A stretch of 64,000 nt of DNA. It comes from Centroscyllium fabricii. Taxonomy: Eukaryota. Below the pieces are notes generated by a model. The model was not told where the DNA came from. It made no database searches and saw nothing but the letters and a program-made list of their open reading frames with translations. The translations under genes and the position numbers were made by a program. Below, piece after piece: positions 49,655 through 61,957 of the stretch; within the stretch, counting starts at the first letter, position 1; each line of letters starts with the position of its first letter. The DNA lies in assembly GCA_051313645.2 (NCBI GenBank), contig JBNRSN020000003.1, forward strand, positions 19,344,001 through 19,408,000. The letters are read 5' to 3'.

Positions 49655-51145
49655 ATGGTTAGCCTAACATCTGTGGTTGGGAAAATGTTAGAATCTATTA
49701 TTAAGGAAACAGTAACAGGGCATTTGGATAAACACCATTTAATAGGACAAAGTCAGCATGGTTTTACAAAGGGGAAGTCATGTTTGACAAATTTGCTAGA
49801 GTTTTTTGAGGACATAACATATAGGGTGGATAAAGGGGAACCAGTGGATGTGGTGTATTTGGACTTCCAAAAGGCATTTGACAAGGTGCCCCACAGAAGA
49901 TTATTACTCAAGATAAAAAATCACGGGGTTGGGGGTAATATTCTGGCATGGGTGGAGGATTGGCTTTCTAACAGAAAACAGAGAGTTGGGATAAATGGTT
50001 CGTTCTCAGACTGGCAGTCAGTCACTAGTGGTGTTCCGCAAGGGTCGGTGCTGGGACCCCAACTCTTTACAATCTATATTAACGATTTGGAAGAAGGGAC
50101 CAAGTGCAACATATCAAAGTTTGCGGATGACACAAAAATGGGAGGGTGATGAATGAGGACATTAAAAACCTGCAAAAGGACATAGATAGGCTAAGTGAGT
50201 GGGCAGAGATTTGGCAGATGGAGTATAATACTGGAAAATGTGAAGTTATGCACTTTGGCAGGAAAAATAATAGAGCGAGTTATTATCTAAATGGAAAGGA
50301 ACTGGAAAGTACTTCAGTGCAAAGGGATCTGGGGGTCCTGGTGCAGGGGACACAGAAAGTTAATATGCAGGTGCAGCAGGTGGTAAGGAAGGCCAACGGA
50401 ATGTTGGCTTTTATTGCTAAGGGGATTGAGTATAAAAGCAGGGAGGTCTTGTTGCAGTTGTACAGGGTATTGGTGAGACCACACCTGGAATACTGCGTGC
50501 AGTTCTGGTGTCCCTATTTAAGAAAGGACATACTTGCTCTCGAGGCAGTGCAGAGAAGATTCACTAGGTTAGTTCCGGGGATGAGGGGGCTAACATATGA
50601 CGAGAGGCTGAGTGGATTGGGCCTCTACTCATTGGAGTTCAGAAGAATGAGAGGCGATCTTATTGAAATATATAAGATTGTGAGAGGGCTTGATCGGGTG
50701 GATGCGGTGAGGATGTTCCCAATGGTGAGTGAGACTAGGACTAGGGGGCATAATCTTAAAATAAAGGGCTCCCATTTTAAAACTGAGATGAGGGGGAACT
50801 TCTTTACTCAGAGGGTGGTGCGGCTGTGGAATTTGCTGCCCCAGAGAGCTGTAGAAGCTACTACGTTGAATAAATTTAAAACTGAGAGAGACAGTTTCCT
50901 GGAATTAAAGGGAATTAGGGGTTATGGTGAACGGGCTGGTAAGTGGACGTGAGGCTAGGTTGAGATCGGCCATGTCTGGTTTTTCACCTCTCCCGGGTGA
51001 TTACATTGGTCTGGGTGGGGTGGAGAGTAAAAATAAAATTGAGGTTAGGATCAGATCAGCCATGATCTTATTGAATGGCGGAGCAGGCTCGAGGGGCCGA
51101 TTGGCCTACTCCTGCTCCTATTTCTTATGTTCTTATGTTCTTATG
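49655..51145 (+). mobile_element. CR1 RT and 3' UTR (1.5 kb, one frameshift near 50146)
   Basis: [40 protein letters not shown]; tail (tatgttct)n. Confidence 0.93.
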
Positions 51146-51681
51146 CCTGATCAACCGTGACATCTTTGAGGAGGTGCCATCCTAAGTGGACTGTGCAAAG
51201 GCTTATATAACGCTTTGTACCTTGACAGCAATTCACAGAGGTCCAAATGAAGGTAAGCTCCAAGCTGCGTAGAATGTGGAACTCGCTACCACAAGGAGTA
51301 GTTGAGGCGAACAGCATACATCACTGGTCATTTACTTCACTGCTGTTTGTGGGATCTTGCTGTGCAGAGATTGGCTGCTGTGTTTGTCTGAATTGCAACT
51401 GTGACTATACTTCTCTAGTGAATCATTGGTTGTAAAGCACTTTGGGACATCCTGAGGTTGTGAAAGGTGATATATAAATGCAAGTCTTTTTCAGTTTAAT
51501 TTGAACCAAATTAGATGCATTTTGAGGGGAAGCCTGATGAGCGCGAGGGGAAGAGGAAAGAAAAAGGAGATATTGATGATGTTAGAAGGGTGGGAGGAGG
51601 CTTAGGTGGAGCATAAACACCAGCATGGACCTGATGGGCTGAATGGCCGGTTTCTGTGCTGTAAATACGATGTAACATTGT

Positions 51682-52080
51682 AATAGAAACATAGAAACAT
51701 AGAAACTAGGAGCAGGAGTCGGCTATTCGGCCCTTCGAGCCTGCTCCGCATTTCAATGAGATTATGGCTGATCATCCAAACCCAGTACCCCGTCCCTGCC
51801 CTCTCCCCATATCCCTATCGAGCCTGCATCGACACATATCCCACCCTATCCCCGTAACCCCATATATTCAATCCCTCTAACACTAAGGGTCAATTTATCA
51901 TGGCCAATCAACCTAACCCGCACATCTTTGGACTGTGGGAGGAAACCGGAGCACCCGGAGGAAACCGACGCAGACACGGGGAGAATGTGCAAACTCCACA
52001 CAGATAGTACCCGATGCTGGATTTGAACCCGGGTCTCCAGTGCTGTGAGGCAACAGTGCTAACCACTATGCCACCGTGCC
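51682..52080 (-). mobile_element. Full-length HE1 V-SINE
   Basis: Head, V-domain, tail. Confidence 0.92.
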
Positions 52081-52282
52081 AGAGTAAATCTTGGGAATGA
52101 ATAAGAAATAGGCTGAAGGGTAGAAAATAATAGGTACTTGTTGGAACAGTGATGTCAGGGTTGGGGATTGAGAGTTGGTGAGTGATGTGCCTCGGCGATC
52201 AGTCCTGGGACTACTTCTGTTGCTGATCTGCCTAAAAGGCCTCAGATTCAGCAACAGTGAAAATGGGTCAAATTTGCTGATG

Positions 52283-53024
52283 CAGGTACACAATCCCTGA
52301 TCCGAAACCCTTGGGACCGGACGGGTCTCGGGTTTCGTCGGTGTTCGGAATGGTGCCCAGTGCGCACGCGCAGATCACATGCACATGTGCATTGCGGTGT
52401 TGGCGGCCCAGTGCGCAGGCTGAAACGGTAGGAGATTGTGGGCTCGGGGAGGAATTGGACCCGTGGGTCCATTTTTATTTTTTTTACATTGGTAAGCTCT
52501 ACTTTCTTGTTAATTTTACTTTTATCACTGGATTATATTGAATTGGCTTTCAAAACATAGAAACATAGAAACTAGAAGCAGGAGTAGGCCATTCGGCCCT
52601 TCGAGCCTGCTCCGCCATTCAATGAGATCATGGCTGATCATCCAAACCCAGTACTCTGCCTCTGCCCCTGCCCTCTCCCCATATCCCTCGATCCCTCTCG
52701 AGCCTGCACCGACACATATCCCACCGTATCCCCGTAACCCCACATATTTAATCCCCCTAACACTAAGGGTCAATTTATCCTGGCCAATCAACCTAACCCG
52801 CACATCTTTGGACTGTGGGAGGAAACCGGAGCACCCGGAGGAAACCCACGCAGACACGGGGAGAATGTGCAAACTCCACACAGATAGTCACCCGAGGCTG
52901 GATTTGAACCCGGGTCTCCAGTGCTGTGAGGCAACAGTGCTAACCACTACACAAACGGATCAGTTTTGGCGCCACTCGGGTTTTCGGAGCTTTTCGGATG
53001 TGCGGTTAAGGGATTGTGTACCTG
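52283..53024. mobile_element. MITE family T3 with nested HE1 (52552-52950, minus)
   Basis: TIR CAGGTACACAATCCCT / AGGGATTGTGTACCTG; same ends as 27020-27756. Confidence 0.87.
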
Positions 53025-53182
53025 TATCACCAAACCAGGAGGGGCGATGGAATGGAGAGCAGTGTCGAAATTTACAGAATGAGTTGGACAAAATATGTAA
53101 GCGGGCAAAACAATGGCAGATGACATTTAATGAGGACTGGTATAAAGTACTACACATCGGAAGGAAGCACGCATGACGTGGG

Positions 53183-53411
53183 TGTAATGATATTGAGACT
53201 TCCGGCAGGAAGTCGGATGAACTCTGCTTATGAACCTCCAGTGACATTACTTCCTGTACATGTCCCTTCCTGTGTAGTAGTATAAATTCTGCTGCTATTC
53301 AGTCTGAGATAATGCTTCCCTATGTAAATATGTTAAAACTCTCAACTCTGTAAATAGCTGATTAAAGCTTTGCTTAAAGTATTTGATGTGTAAGTCGCTT
53401 TTGTCACATCA
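53183..53411 (+). mobile_element. Solo LTR, 229 bp
   Basis: TG...CA ends, 5-bp TSD GTGGG (53178-53182, 53412-53416), TATAAA at 53281, ATTAAA downstream; splits an old CR1 fragment. Confidence 0.8.
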
Positions 53412-53539
53412 GTGGGTACTCCAGGAACAGCAGTGAAACAGCCAAGGATGGAAGTCGAAAGAGAGCTGGAGGCTTAGTGGAATCAATGTTCAACATGTCC
53501 AATCAATACAGAACAATCAACAAAGCTGAATAACGGCGA

Positions 53540-54795
53540 TAGGTTAATGACCAACATTCACTACAAGCCCACTGACTCCCACAGCTACCTGGACTACACT
53601 TCCTCCCACCCCGCCTCCTGTAAGGACTCTATTCCATTCTCTCAGTTTCTCCGTCTCCGCTGCATCTGCTCTGACGATGCCACCTTCCACACCAGTGCTT
53701 CCAATATGTCTTCCTTTTTCCTCAACCAAAGATTCCCCTCCACCGTGGTCGACACGGCCCTCGACCGGGTCCGTTCCATCTCCCGCACTTCTGCCCTCAC
53801 CCCTGCCCCTCCCTCCCGCAACCACGATAGGGTTCCCCTTGTCCTCACCTTTCACCCCACCAGCCTCCACATTCAACGGATCATCCTCCGTCATTTCCAC
53901 CACCTCCAACATGATCCCACCACCAAACACATCTTCCCCTCCCCTTTCAGCATTCCGTAGGGACCGTTCCCTCCGAGACACCCTAGTCCACTCATCCATC
54001 ACCCCCAGCACCCCTTCCCCTTCGCCCGGCACCTTCCCGTGCAAGCGCAGGAGATGCAACACCTGCCCTTACACCTCCCCCCTTCCCACTGTCCAGGGCC
54101 CCAAACACCCCTTCCAAGTGAAACAGCGATTTACTTGTACTTCTTGCAATCTAGTACACTGTATTCGCTGCTCACGATGTGGCCTCCTCTACATTGGGGA
54201 GACCAAACGCAGATTGGGTGACCGCTTTGCGGAACACCTCCGTTCAGTCCGTAAGGGTAACCCTGAGCTCTCAGTCACCTGTCACTTTAATTCTCCGCTT
54301 CACACCCACTCTGATCTCTCTGTCCTTGGCCTATTACATTGTTCCTCGGAAGCTCAGCGTAAACTCGAGGAACAACACCTCATCTTCCGATTAGGCACTT
54401 TACAGCCCTCCGGACTCAATATTGAGTTCAGCAATTTCAGATGATAACCTCGGCCCCCATTATATCTTTACCTCTTTATCCACACCGTTTATTTGGCCTT
54501 TCTTTTCTCTATCGTGGCAGCCCCCTCCCGTTCTGCCAGAGTTTTTCACACCTAATCTACAGCTATCTCCTGTCCACAGCATCTCGTCTCATTTTCAAAA
54601 CCTCTCTACGACTTTTCTCTTTGTGCTGTCTTCCCTTTGTTCCCTCCCACCTTCCCCCACCTTCCTGCTTGTTTCATTCCCCAGCTTTAGTCTTGATAAA
54701 GGGTCCCGACCCGAAACGTCGACTCTATATTTCTCTCCACCGATGCTGCCTGGCCTGCTGAGTAGTTCCAGCATTTTCTGTTGTTAGTTCAGATT
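53540..54795 (+). mobile_element. Penelope-like element: RT thumb, GIY-YIG endonuclease, pseudo-LTR
   Basis: YKPTDSHSYLDYTSSHP..SIPFSQFLRLR; CKRRRCNTC; NLVHCIRCSRCGLLYIGETKRRLGDRFAEH; frameshift near 53940. Confidence 0.93.
54689..54724 (+). ncRNA. Minimal hammerhead ribozyme motif, U3-A8 core variant
   Basis: agtc-TTGATAA-a-gggt-cccg-accc-GAAA-cGTC-gact. Confidence 0.65.
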
Positions 54796-54954
54796 TTCAG
54801 CATCCGCAGTCTTACTTTAAACTAAATGGTCAACATTTGCCTTAGCCTGCAGTCCAGACCATGTGAGCAGAGAGGCAACGTGAGATGGCAACCAAAACGT
54901 TAACTTATCTGTTCTCTCCATACACGCTGACTGACCTGCTGGAACACAAATATA

Positions 54955-55157
54955 ATAGCAAAATACTGCGGATGCTGGAAATCTGAAATAACTGAAAATG
55001 CTGGAAATACTCAGCAGGCCAGGCAGCATCCGTGGAGAGAGAAACAGGGTTAACGTTTCAGGTTGGGTCCCAGACCTGAAACGTTAACCCTGTTTCTCTC
55101 TCCACGGATGCTGCCTGGCCTGCTGAGTATTTCCAGCATTTTTAGTTGTTATTTCTG
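54955..55157. mobile_element. Inverted pair of Penelope pseudo-LTRs (hairpin)
   Basis: ~68-bp perfect arms (54996-55063 / 55074-55141) around the loop tgggtcccag. Confidence 0.88.
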
Positions 55158-55229
55158 CTGGAACACAGGTTCTTCTGCCCAGGAGAGCTCTCCGTGTCTT
55201 TTTGGTTACACGAACACACAGAATACAAC

Positions 55230-56084
55230 ACAGATGAGTTGGTCAGATGGGCGGAACAGTGGCAAATGGAGTTTAATCCTGAAAAGTGTGAGGTGATGCA
55301 TTTCCGTAGGTCTAACATGGCATGGGAATACACCATGAATGGTAGGACGCTAGGGAAGACAGAGGATCGGAGGGACCTTGGTGTGCAGGTACATAGGTCC
55401 CTGAAGGCAGCAGGACAGGTGGATAAGGTGGTTAAAAAGGCATATGGGATACTTGCCTTCATTAGCTGAGGCATAGAATATAAGAGCAGGGAGGTTATGA
55501 TGGAGCTGTACAAAACGCAGGTAAGGCCACAGCTGGAGTACTGTGTGCAGTTCTGGTCGCCACACTATAGGAAGGATGTCATTGCTTTGGAGAGGGTGCA
55601 GAGGAGATTCACCAGGATGTTACCTGGGCTGGGGAGCTTCAGCTATGAAGAGAGACTGGAGAGGCTGGGGTTGTTTTCCTTGGAGCAGAGGAGGCTGCGG
55701 GGGGACCTGATTGAGGTGCACAAAATTATGAGGGGAATAGGTCAGGTGGATGGAGTGGAACTTTTTCCCTTGGTTGAGGGGTCAATAACTAGGGGGCATA
55801 ATTTCAGGGTTAGGGGCAGGAGGTATCGTGGGGATGTGAGGAAGAACTTTTTCACCCAGAGGGTGGTTGGAATCTGGAACTCACTGCTTGAGAGGGTGGT
55901 AGAGGCGGGAACCCTCGCAACATTCAAGAAGCATTTGGATGAGCACTTGAAATGCCACAGCATACAAGGCCATGGACCAAATGCGGGAAAATGGGACTAG
56001 TATAGACTGGGATTGATGGGTGGCACGGACGCAATGGGCCGAAGGGCCTCTTTTTGTGCTGTATTACTCTATGACTCTATGACT
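55230..56084 (+). mobile_element. CR1 3' portion (different subfamily, (ctatgact)n tail)
   Basis: WQMEFNPEKCEVMHF, VRPQLEYCVQFWSPHY, RRLRGDLIEV. Confidence 0.92.
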
Positions 56085-56420
56085 CGGCAGCTGGTGGAAT
56101 TTAAATTCAATTCAATTTAATTCTGGTTCACTAATGTCCTTTAGGGAAGGAAATCTGCTGTCCTTACCTGGTTTGGCCTACATGTGATTCCAGACGAACA
56201 GCAATGTGATTGACTCTTAATGCCCTCTGAAATGGCCCAGCAAGCCACTCAGTTGTAAACAACCGCTACGCAACATTGTGGGTGTACCTGCACCATATGG
56301 ACTGCAGCGGTTCAAGAAGGCGGCTCACCACCATCTTCTCCAGGGCAATTAGGGATGGGCACTAAATGCAGGCCTAGCCAGCCAGCGACGCCCACATCCC
56401 ATCAATGAATAAAATAAATA
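56085..56420 (+). mobile_element. tRNA-SINE with Zenon-CR1 tail, 5'-truncated
   Basis: Colinear with 48133-48533. Confidence 0.85.
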
Positions 56421-56944
56421 GTCTATAACACCTCTGTGAGCAGTCAAGTGTCAAGAATGCAACAGCACCCTCACTGTTTCCACATTTAAATTAATTATAG
56501 GCAGTTTTATCAAGTGTCCACGAGGTCCGAAGGCTGCCACTGGGCAATTTTTCCCTCCGGGTTGGGTGCTGCACTAGAGGTACACGCCACATGGTCCCAG
56601 ACCGAAGCCTGGAGCGAGCGGCTCCTCCAGGGATCGTGCGGCACTCCACTCCCTCACTCCAGATGTATGCTGCAACCTTTGAGTTAGTATGAGACGGGAT
56701 CTCATTGAAACGTCTAAAATTGAAACTTATAAAATTCTACCAGGACTGGACGGACTAGATGCAGGAAGGATGTTCCCGATGGTCGGGGAGTCCAGAACCA
56801 GGGGTCACAGTCTAAGGAGAAGGGGTAAGCCATTTCGGACAGAGATGAGGAGGAATTTCTTCACCCAGAGAGTGGTGAACCTGTGGAATTCTCTACCATA
56901 GAAGGCCGTAGAGGCCAATTCATTAAATATATACAAGAAGGAGT

Positions 56945-57248
56945 TGTGGCGGATCGCCACGGACTTACGGACGAATCAGCCGGACTCTTGGACCCTGAAG
57001 GCACTGGCCCCGAGGCGCGCTACTCTCGCGAGGCCAGTGCCGACGCAAAGACGCCCCGCGCATGCGCACAACGCGCCCGACGCGCAGACGCACATACGTC
57101 ATTGGGTTTAAATGTAATGACGTAGCCCGCGCTACTTATTCAAGCAAAAGGGCGCGAAAGCGCACACTCTGTAGTTCAACTCAATAAAGAAAGTCGTTTT
57201 ACCGTTACCTGTCTCAGGAGTTCTTTCGCCCGCCAACAAAACTCAACA
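56945..57248 (+). repeat. 5' LTR
   Basis: Direct repeat of 61113-61416 with 6 differences by eye; AATAAA at 57183. Confidence 0.95.
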
Positions 57249-57288
57249 TTGGTGACCTCGACGTTCGGAACGTATTTCGAACTCAACG

Positions 57289-60200
57289 ATGGCGGACGCA
57301 AGCATAGCCGCGGTCCGGCTACCTGAGTTTTGGGTAAATCAGCCCCAAGCCTGGTTTGCTCAGGCAGAATCCCGGTTCAGACTACACCGGGTCAACAAAG
57401 AAGACGTGCGGTACGACTACCTCGTCACTTCACTGGGGAGCTCCACGGTGACGGAAGTCTGGGCAGAGCTGCAGAATCCACCTCAACAGGGCAAGTACGC
57501 ACATCTTAAGGCCGCGCTTCTTAAACGGTTCACTGATTCCCAGTACCAGCGCTGCAGCCAGCTCCTTGCCCTCCAGGGCCTCGGTGACGCTTCACCATCG
57601 CGCCTCCTCTCCCACATGCTCTCGCTCACGGACGAGAGTCCCCCGGGATCCCTCTTCCGCACGCTCTTTATTCACCAGCTTCCTCCCAGCATCCGCCCCG
57701 CCATCGTTGCGTCCGACCTCCAGAGCCTGGCAGACCTAGCCAGCCTGGCCGACAGGCTGATGGCTGGGCAACAGGGCCACGGCACCGCGGACTTGGCAGC
57801 CGCCGCCACGGCGCGACCAGCCGCTCCCACCACGCGGCCGCCAGGACCAGCCCCCAGGCCCACACGACCGCCACGTCCCCCAGACCCGCCGAATCCAGGG
57901 TACTGCTATTACCACGCCCGGTTCGGCGCCAGGGCACAACGGTGCACGCAACCCTGCACCTTTAAGCCTGCACGTTCACCAGCCCCCACCATGTCCGTAG
58001 GACACGCTGGTTGCCTCCTGTATGTCACGGATGACAAAACCGGACACCGTTTTCTTTGCGACACCGGGGCCCAGCATAGCATTGTGCCCACCTCCGCCCT
58101 CGAAATCAAAGCAGGCACGCGGGGCCCGGCGCTTGCCGCGGCCAACGGGTCCGACATCCCGACGTACGGCACCTGCACGGTCCAACTCCATCTCGCAGGG
58201 CGCCGTTATACGTGGGAGTTTCTCACCGCCAAGATACTCTCGCCAATCATCGGCGCAGACTTCCTATGCGCCCACGGCCTGCTGGTCGACATGCCCCGGC
58301 GCCGCCTCGTGGACATCAACTCCATGACCCCCATCCCAGGCGCCACGGCCCCTGCCCAGCCCGCCAATTTGACCATACAGTGCCATGCCCGTCCAACAGA
58401 CGCTTACTCGGCGCTCCTGGCCGCATTCCCGGACCTCACCAACCCGACCTTCACCGCTAGGGTAGCCAAGCACGGGGTAGAACACTTTATCCCCACCACC
58501 GGCCCACCGGTGCACGCCCACGCCCGCAGGCTAGACCCAGCCAAGTTGGAGATCGCGCGGAACGAGTTTGCCACCATGGAGCAGCTCGGCATCATCCGCC
58601 GCTCCAACAGCCCGTGGGCCTCACCGCTCCACATCGCCCCCAAGCCCGACGGGGGCTGGCGCCCCTGCGGTGATTACCGTCGCCTCAACAATGCCACCAC
58701 GCCTGATCGGTACCCAGTACCGCACATCCAGGACTTTTCGGCTAGACTGGCCAAGTGCTCAGTCTTCTCCAAAGTCGACCTGGTGCGCGGCTACCACCAA
58801 GTCCCCGTCTGCGCCGCCGACATCCCCAAGACCGCAGTCATCACTCCCTTCGGGCTGTTCGAGTTCCTGCGGATGCTCTTCGGCCTCAAAAATGCCGCGC
58901 AGGCGTTCCAGCGGCTCATGGACTCGGTCCTACGGGACCTGAAGTTCCTGTTCGTCTACCTAGACGACATCCTGGTAGCCAGTTCCTCCAAGCGGGAACA
59001 CCTCGAACACCTCAGGGCCCTGTTCACACACCTCAGCGAACACGGCCTCATTCTCAGCCCCGCCAAGTGCCAGTTCGGTCTCGACCAGATCGACTTCCTC
59101 GGCCACCGCATAACCCAGGCCGGGGCCATTCCCCTGCCCAACAAGGTGCAGGCCGTCCAGCAATTCCCCCGGCCCACCACCGTCCGGGGCCTCCAAGAGT
59201 TCCTCGGGATGGTGAATTTTTACAACCGCTTTATCCCTAAAGCGGCATCCCTCATGGGCCCCCTGTACCAAACTCTCCGCGGCAAGAGCGGCAAAATGGC
59301 GGTCGAATGGACGGAGCAAACCTCCGCCGCTTTCGACTCCACCAAGTCGGCACTCGCCGACGCCACCATGCTCACACACCCACGGCCCAACGCCAAGGTG
59401 GCACTCACCACTGACGCCTCCGACTATGCGGTCGGTGCCGTGTACGAGCAGTGGGTCGACGGCGCCTGGCAACCGCTCGCCTTCTTCAGCCGCCAGCTGC
59501 GTCCCCCAGAGGTGAAGTACAGCACCTTCGACCGCGAGCTCCTCGCCCTGTACCTGGCGATCCGTCACTTTCGGTTTCTGCTGGAAGGTCGCGCCTTCAC
59601 CGCGTTTGTTGACCATAAACCCCTGACATTCGCGATAGCAAAGCCAGCCGAACCCTGGTCCGCCAGACAGCAGCGCCAGCTCGCGACCGTGTCTGAATTC
59701 ACCACTGACATCCGCCACATCGCCGGCCGCGACAACGTGGTTGCCGACTGCCTCTCCCGCGCAACTATCAACGCCACTCACCTGGCAGTTGACTACGCCA
59801 AACTCGCAGCGGACCAGGTCACAGACCCGGACCTGCTCTCCGCGCCCACCACCCTACCCAGCCTGCGCTTGGCCACCGTCGCCTGCGGCCCCGCCGACAC
59901 TAACATCACGTGCGACATTACCCTGCCGCAACCCCGGCCTGTCGTCCCAGCATCTTGGCGCAGGCGCATATTCGACACGCTCCACAACCTCTCCCGCCCC
60001 GGCGCCCGCGCATCCATCAAATTGGTAACCAGCCGCTTTATCTGGCGCAGCCTTAGTAAAGATGTGCGTACTTGGGCCAACTCCTGCGTGGCTTGCCAAC
60101 GGGCAAAGGTGCACCAACACACGAAAGCTCCCCTCGGACAGATCGACGTCCCCGCACGAAGGTTTGACCACATCCACGTGGATATCGTGGGACCCCTGCC

Positions 60201-61092
60201 ACCTTCACAAGGCAACACCCACTTGCTCACTATCGTGGACCGCACCACTCGATGGCCCGAAGCAATACCGCTGACCTCCACCACCACTGCGGACGTCGCC
60301 AGAGCCTTCATCGCCACGTGGGTCGCCCGGTTCGGCGTGCCTTCCGACATCACGTCCGACAGAGGGCCCCAGTTCACCTCAGCACTATGGACTGCCGTCG
60401 CTAAGAGCCTCGGGGTGACCTTGCACCACACCAGGGCTTACCACCCACAAGCCAACGGTCTGTGTGAACGCTTCCACAGATCCATGAAAGCTTCTCTACG
60501 TGCCAGCCTCACGGACAACTCCTGGACTGACCGCCTCCCATGGGTTTTACTCGGCCTCCGATCTGCGGTCAAAGAAGACCTCCACGCATCGGCAGCGGAG
60601 CTAGTCTACGGCCAACCGCTGCGCGTACCCGGCGAGTTCCTGGCCGCCGCTACGACACCCTGGTCAGCCAACTAGCAACGCCTCGACTTCACCGCTTCGG
60701 CGCAACAGTTCACACCGGTACCCGTGGCCCGGCATGGTGAAACAACTGCACAGATCCCACTTAGCCTACACCAGGCGCAGTTCGTCTTCACCCGTCACGA
60801 CGCACACCGCGGGCCTCTGCAGCCGCCATACGACGGACCCTACAAGGTGCTTCAGGCGGGTGACAAGTTTTTCAAACTGCAGGTGGGCAACAGAACCGAA
60901 ACTGTGTCGATTGACAGACTCAAGCCGGCGCACACTGAGCCCGGCGAAGCCACACTAGTTGCCCACCCACCGCCACGCGGTCGACCTGCCGGCCAGCCAG
61001 CTCGCCCGACCACAACTCGCCAGCTGTCTCCAACCAAGAGCCGATCCGGCCGACTTATCAGACCGCCGCAACGACTCGTCCATTCCTCCTAA
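57289..61092 (+). CDS. gag-pol: Gag-Pol polyprotein (Gag, protease, RT, RNase H, integrase) with one in-frame TAG at 60673-60675
   Basis: LPEFW..AWFAQAE; CYYHARFGARAQRCTQPC; FLCDTGA; YLDD; TDASDYAVG; HVDIVGP..TSDRGPQF..NGLCERFH; the frame continues after the TAG to the YDGPY motif. Confidence 0.93.
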
Positions 61093-61112
61093 ACGGATTC
61101 TGGGGGGAGCTA

Positions 61113-61416
61113 TGTGGCGGATCGCCACGGACTTACGGACGAATCAGCCGGACTCTTGGACCCTGAAGGCACTGGCCCCGAGGCGCGCTACTCTCGCGAG
61201 GCCAGTGCCGACGCAAAGACGCCCTGCGCATGCGCACAACGTGCCCGACGCGCAGACGCACATACGTAATTGGGTTTAAACATAATGACGTAGCCCGCGC
61301 TACTTATTCAAGCAAAAGGGCGCGAAAGCGCACACTCTGTAGTTCAACTCAATAAAGAAAGTCGTTTTACTGTTACCTGTCTCAGGAGTTCTTTCGCCCG
61401 CCAACAAAACTCAACA
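61113..61416 (+). repeat. 3' LTR
   Basis: Follows the PPT; ends CA plus GAGT TSD. Confidence 0.95.
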
Positions 61417-61488
61417 GAGTTGAATATATTTCTTAAGGCTAAAGGGATCAAGGGATATGAGGACAAGGCAGGGACAGGGTACTGAATT

Positions 61489-61750
61489 TTCAATTCAATT
61501 CAATTTATTGTCATTGTAAAGTGAACATACACAAAACAACGAAATGCAAACATGCAATCTCCCAAATTATTAAAATGTCCTTTAGTCCCAGTCTGATCCA
61601 TTCCATACCACCAGGACCACCCGGCGCTGCAGCCACGATGCGCCCGGTGCCCGGCCCCCGACGGCCTCGCAGCTCCCGGCCCTCGACGGCCTCGCAGCTC
61701 CCGGCCCCCGACGGCCTCGCAGCTCCCGGCGCCCGACGGCCTCGCAGCTC
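61489..61750 (-). mobile_element. Non-autonomous Rex1-tailed element with 25-bp tandem repeat, 5'-truncated
   Basis: Tail ttacaatgacaataaa(ttgaa)n; shares tatggaatgga.cagact.ggact..aggacatttt with 40450-40490; about 4 copies of cccggcccccgacggcctcgcagct. Confidence 0.78.
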
Positions 61751-61957
61751 AGCCATGATCTCACTGAATGGCGGAGCAGGCTCGAGGGGCTGAATGGCCT
61801 ACTCCTGCTCCTATCGTCTATGTTTCTATATCTGCTTTATATTCACACTGAAGTTACAGTGCAAATGTAAGATTAATGTAAATGCTGTACATTGACGTTT
61901 TACAGTCAGATTTTCCTCATTTCACCGAGTAGCACACTTCACTAGAAGAGCATGGTA

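Larger units (their letters stand above)
56945..61416 (+). mobile_element. Full-length Ty3/Gypsy LTR retrotransposon, CsRn1/Kabuki/Boudicca-like clade
   Basis: 304-bp LTRs (56945-57248, 61113-61416) with TG..CA ends, 4-bp TSD GAGT, tRNA-Trp-like PBS TGGTGACCTCGACGT, PPT GGGGGGAG, Gag CHCC motif. Confidence 0.96.
56685..61830 (+). mobile_element. CR1 3' fragment split by the Gypsy element and a Rex1-tailed element (pieces 56685-56944, 61421-61488, 61751-61830)
   Basis: Joining the pieces restores ..caagaaggagttgaatatatttcttaaggctaaagggatcaagggatat... Confidence 0.85.

Noticed and set aside
52538-53176. 212-aa ORF (and 204 aa at 40980-41594)
   Set aside because: Read-through of HE1 SINE sequence; no protein motifs.
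58960-60431. Long antisense ORFs (273 aa, 212 aa)
   Set aside because: Shadow frames of GC-rich pol.
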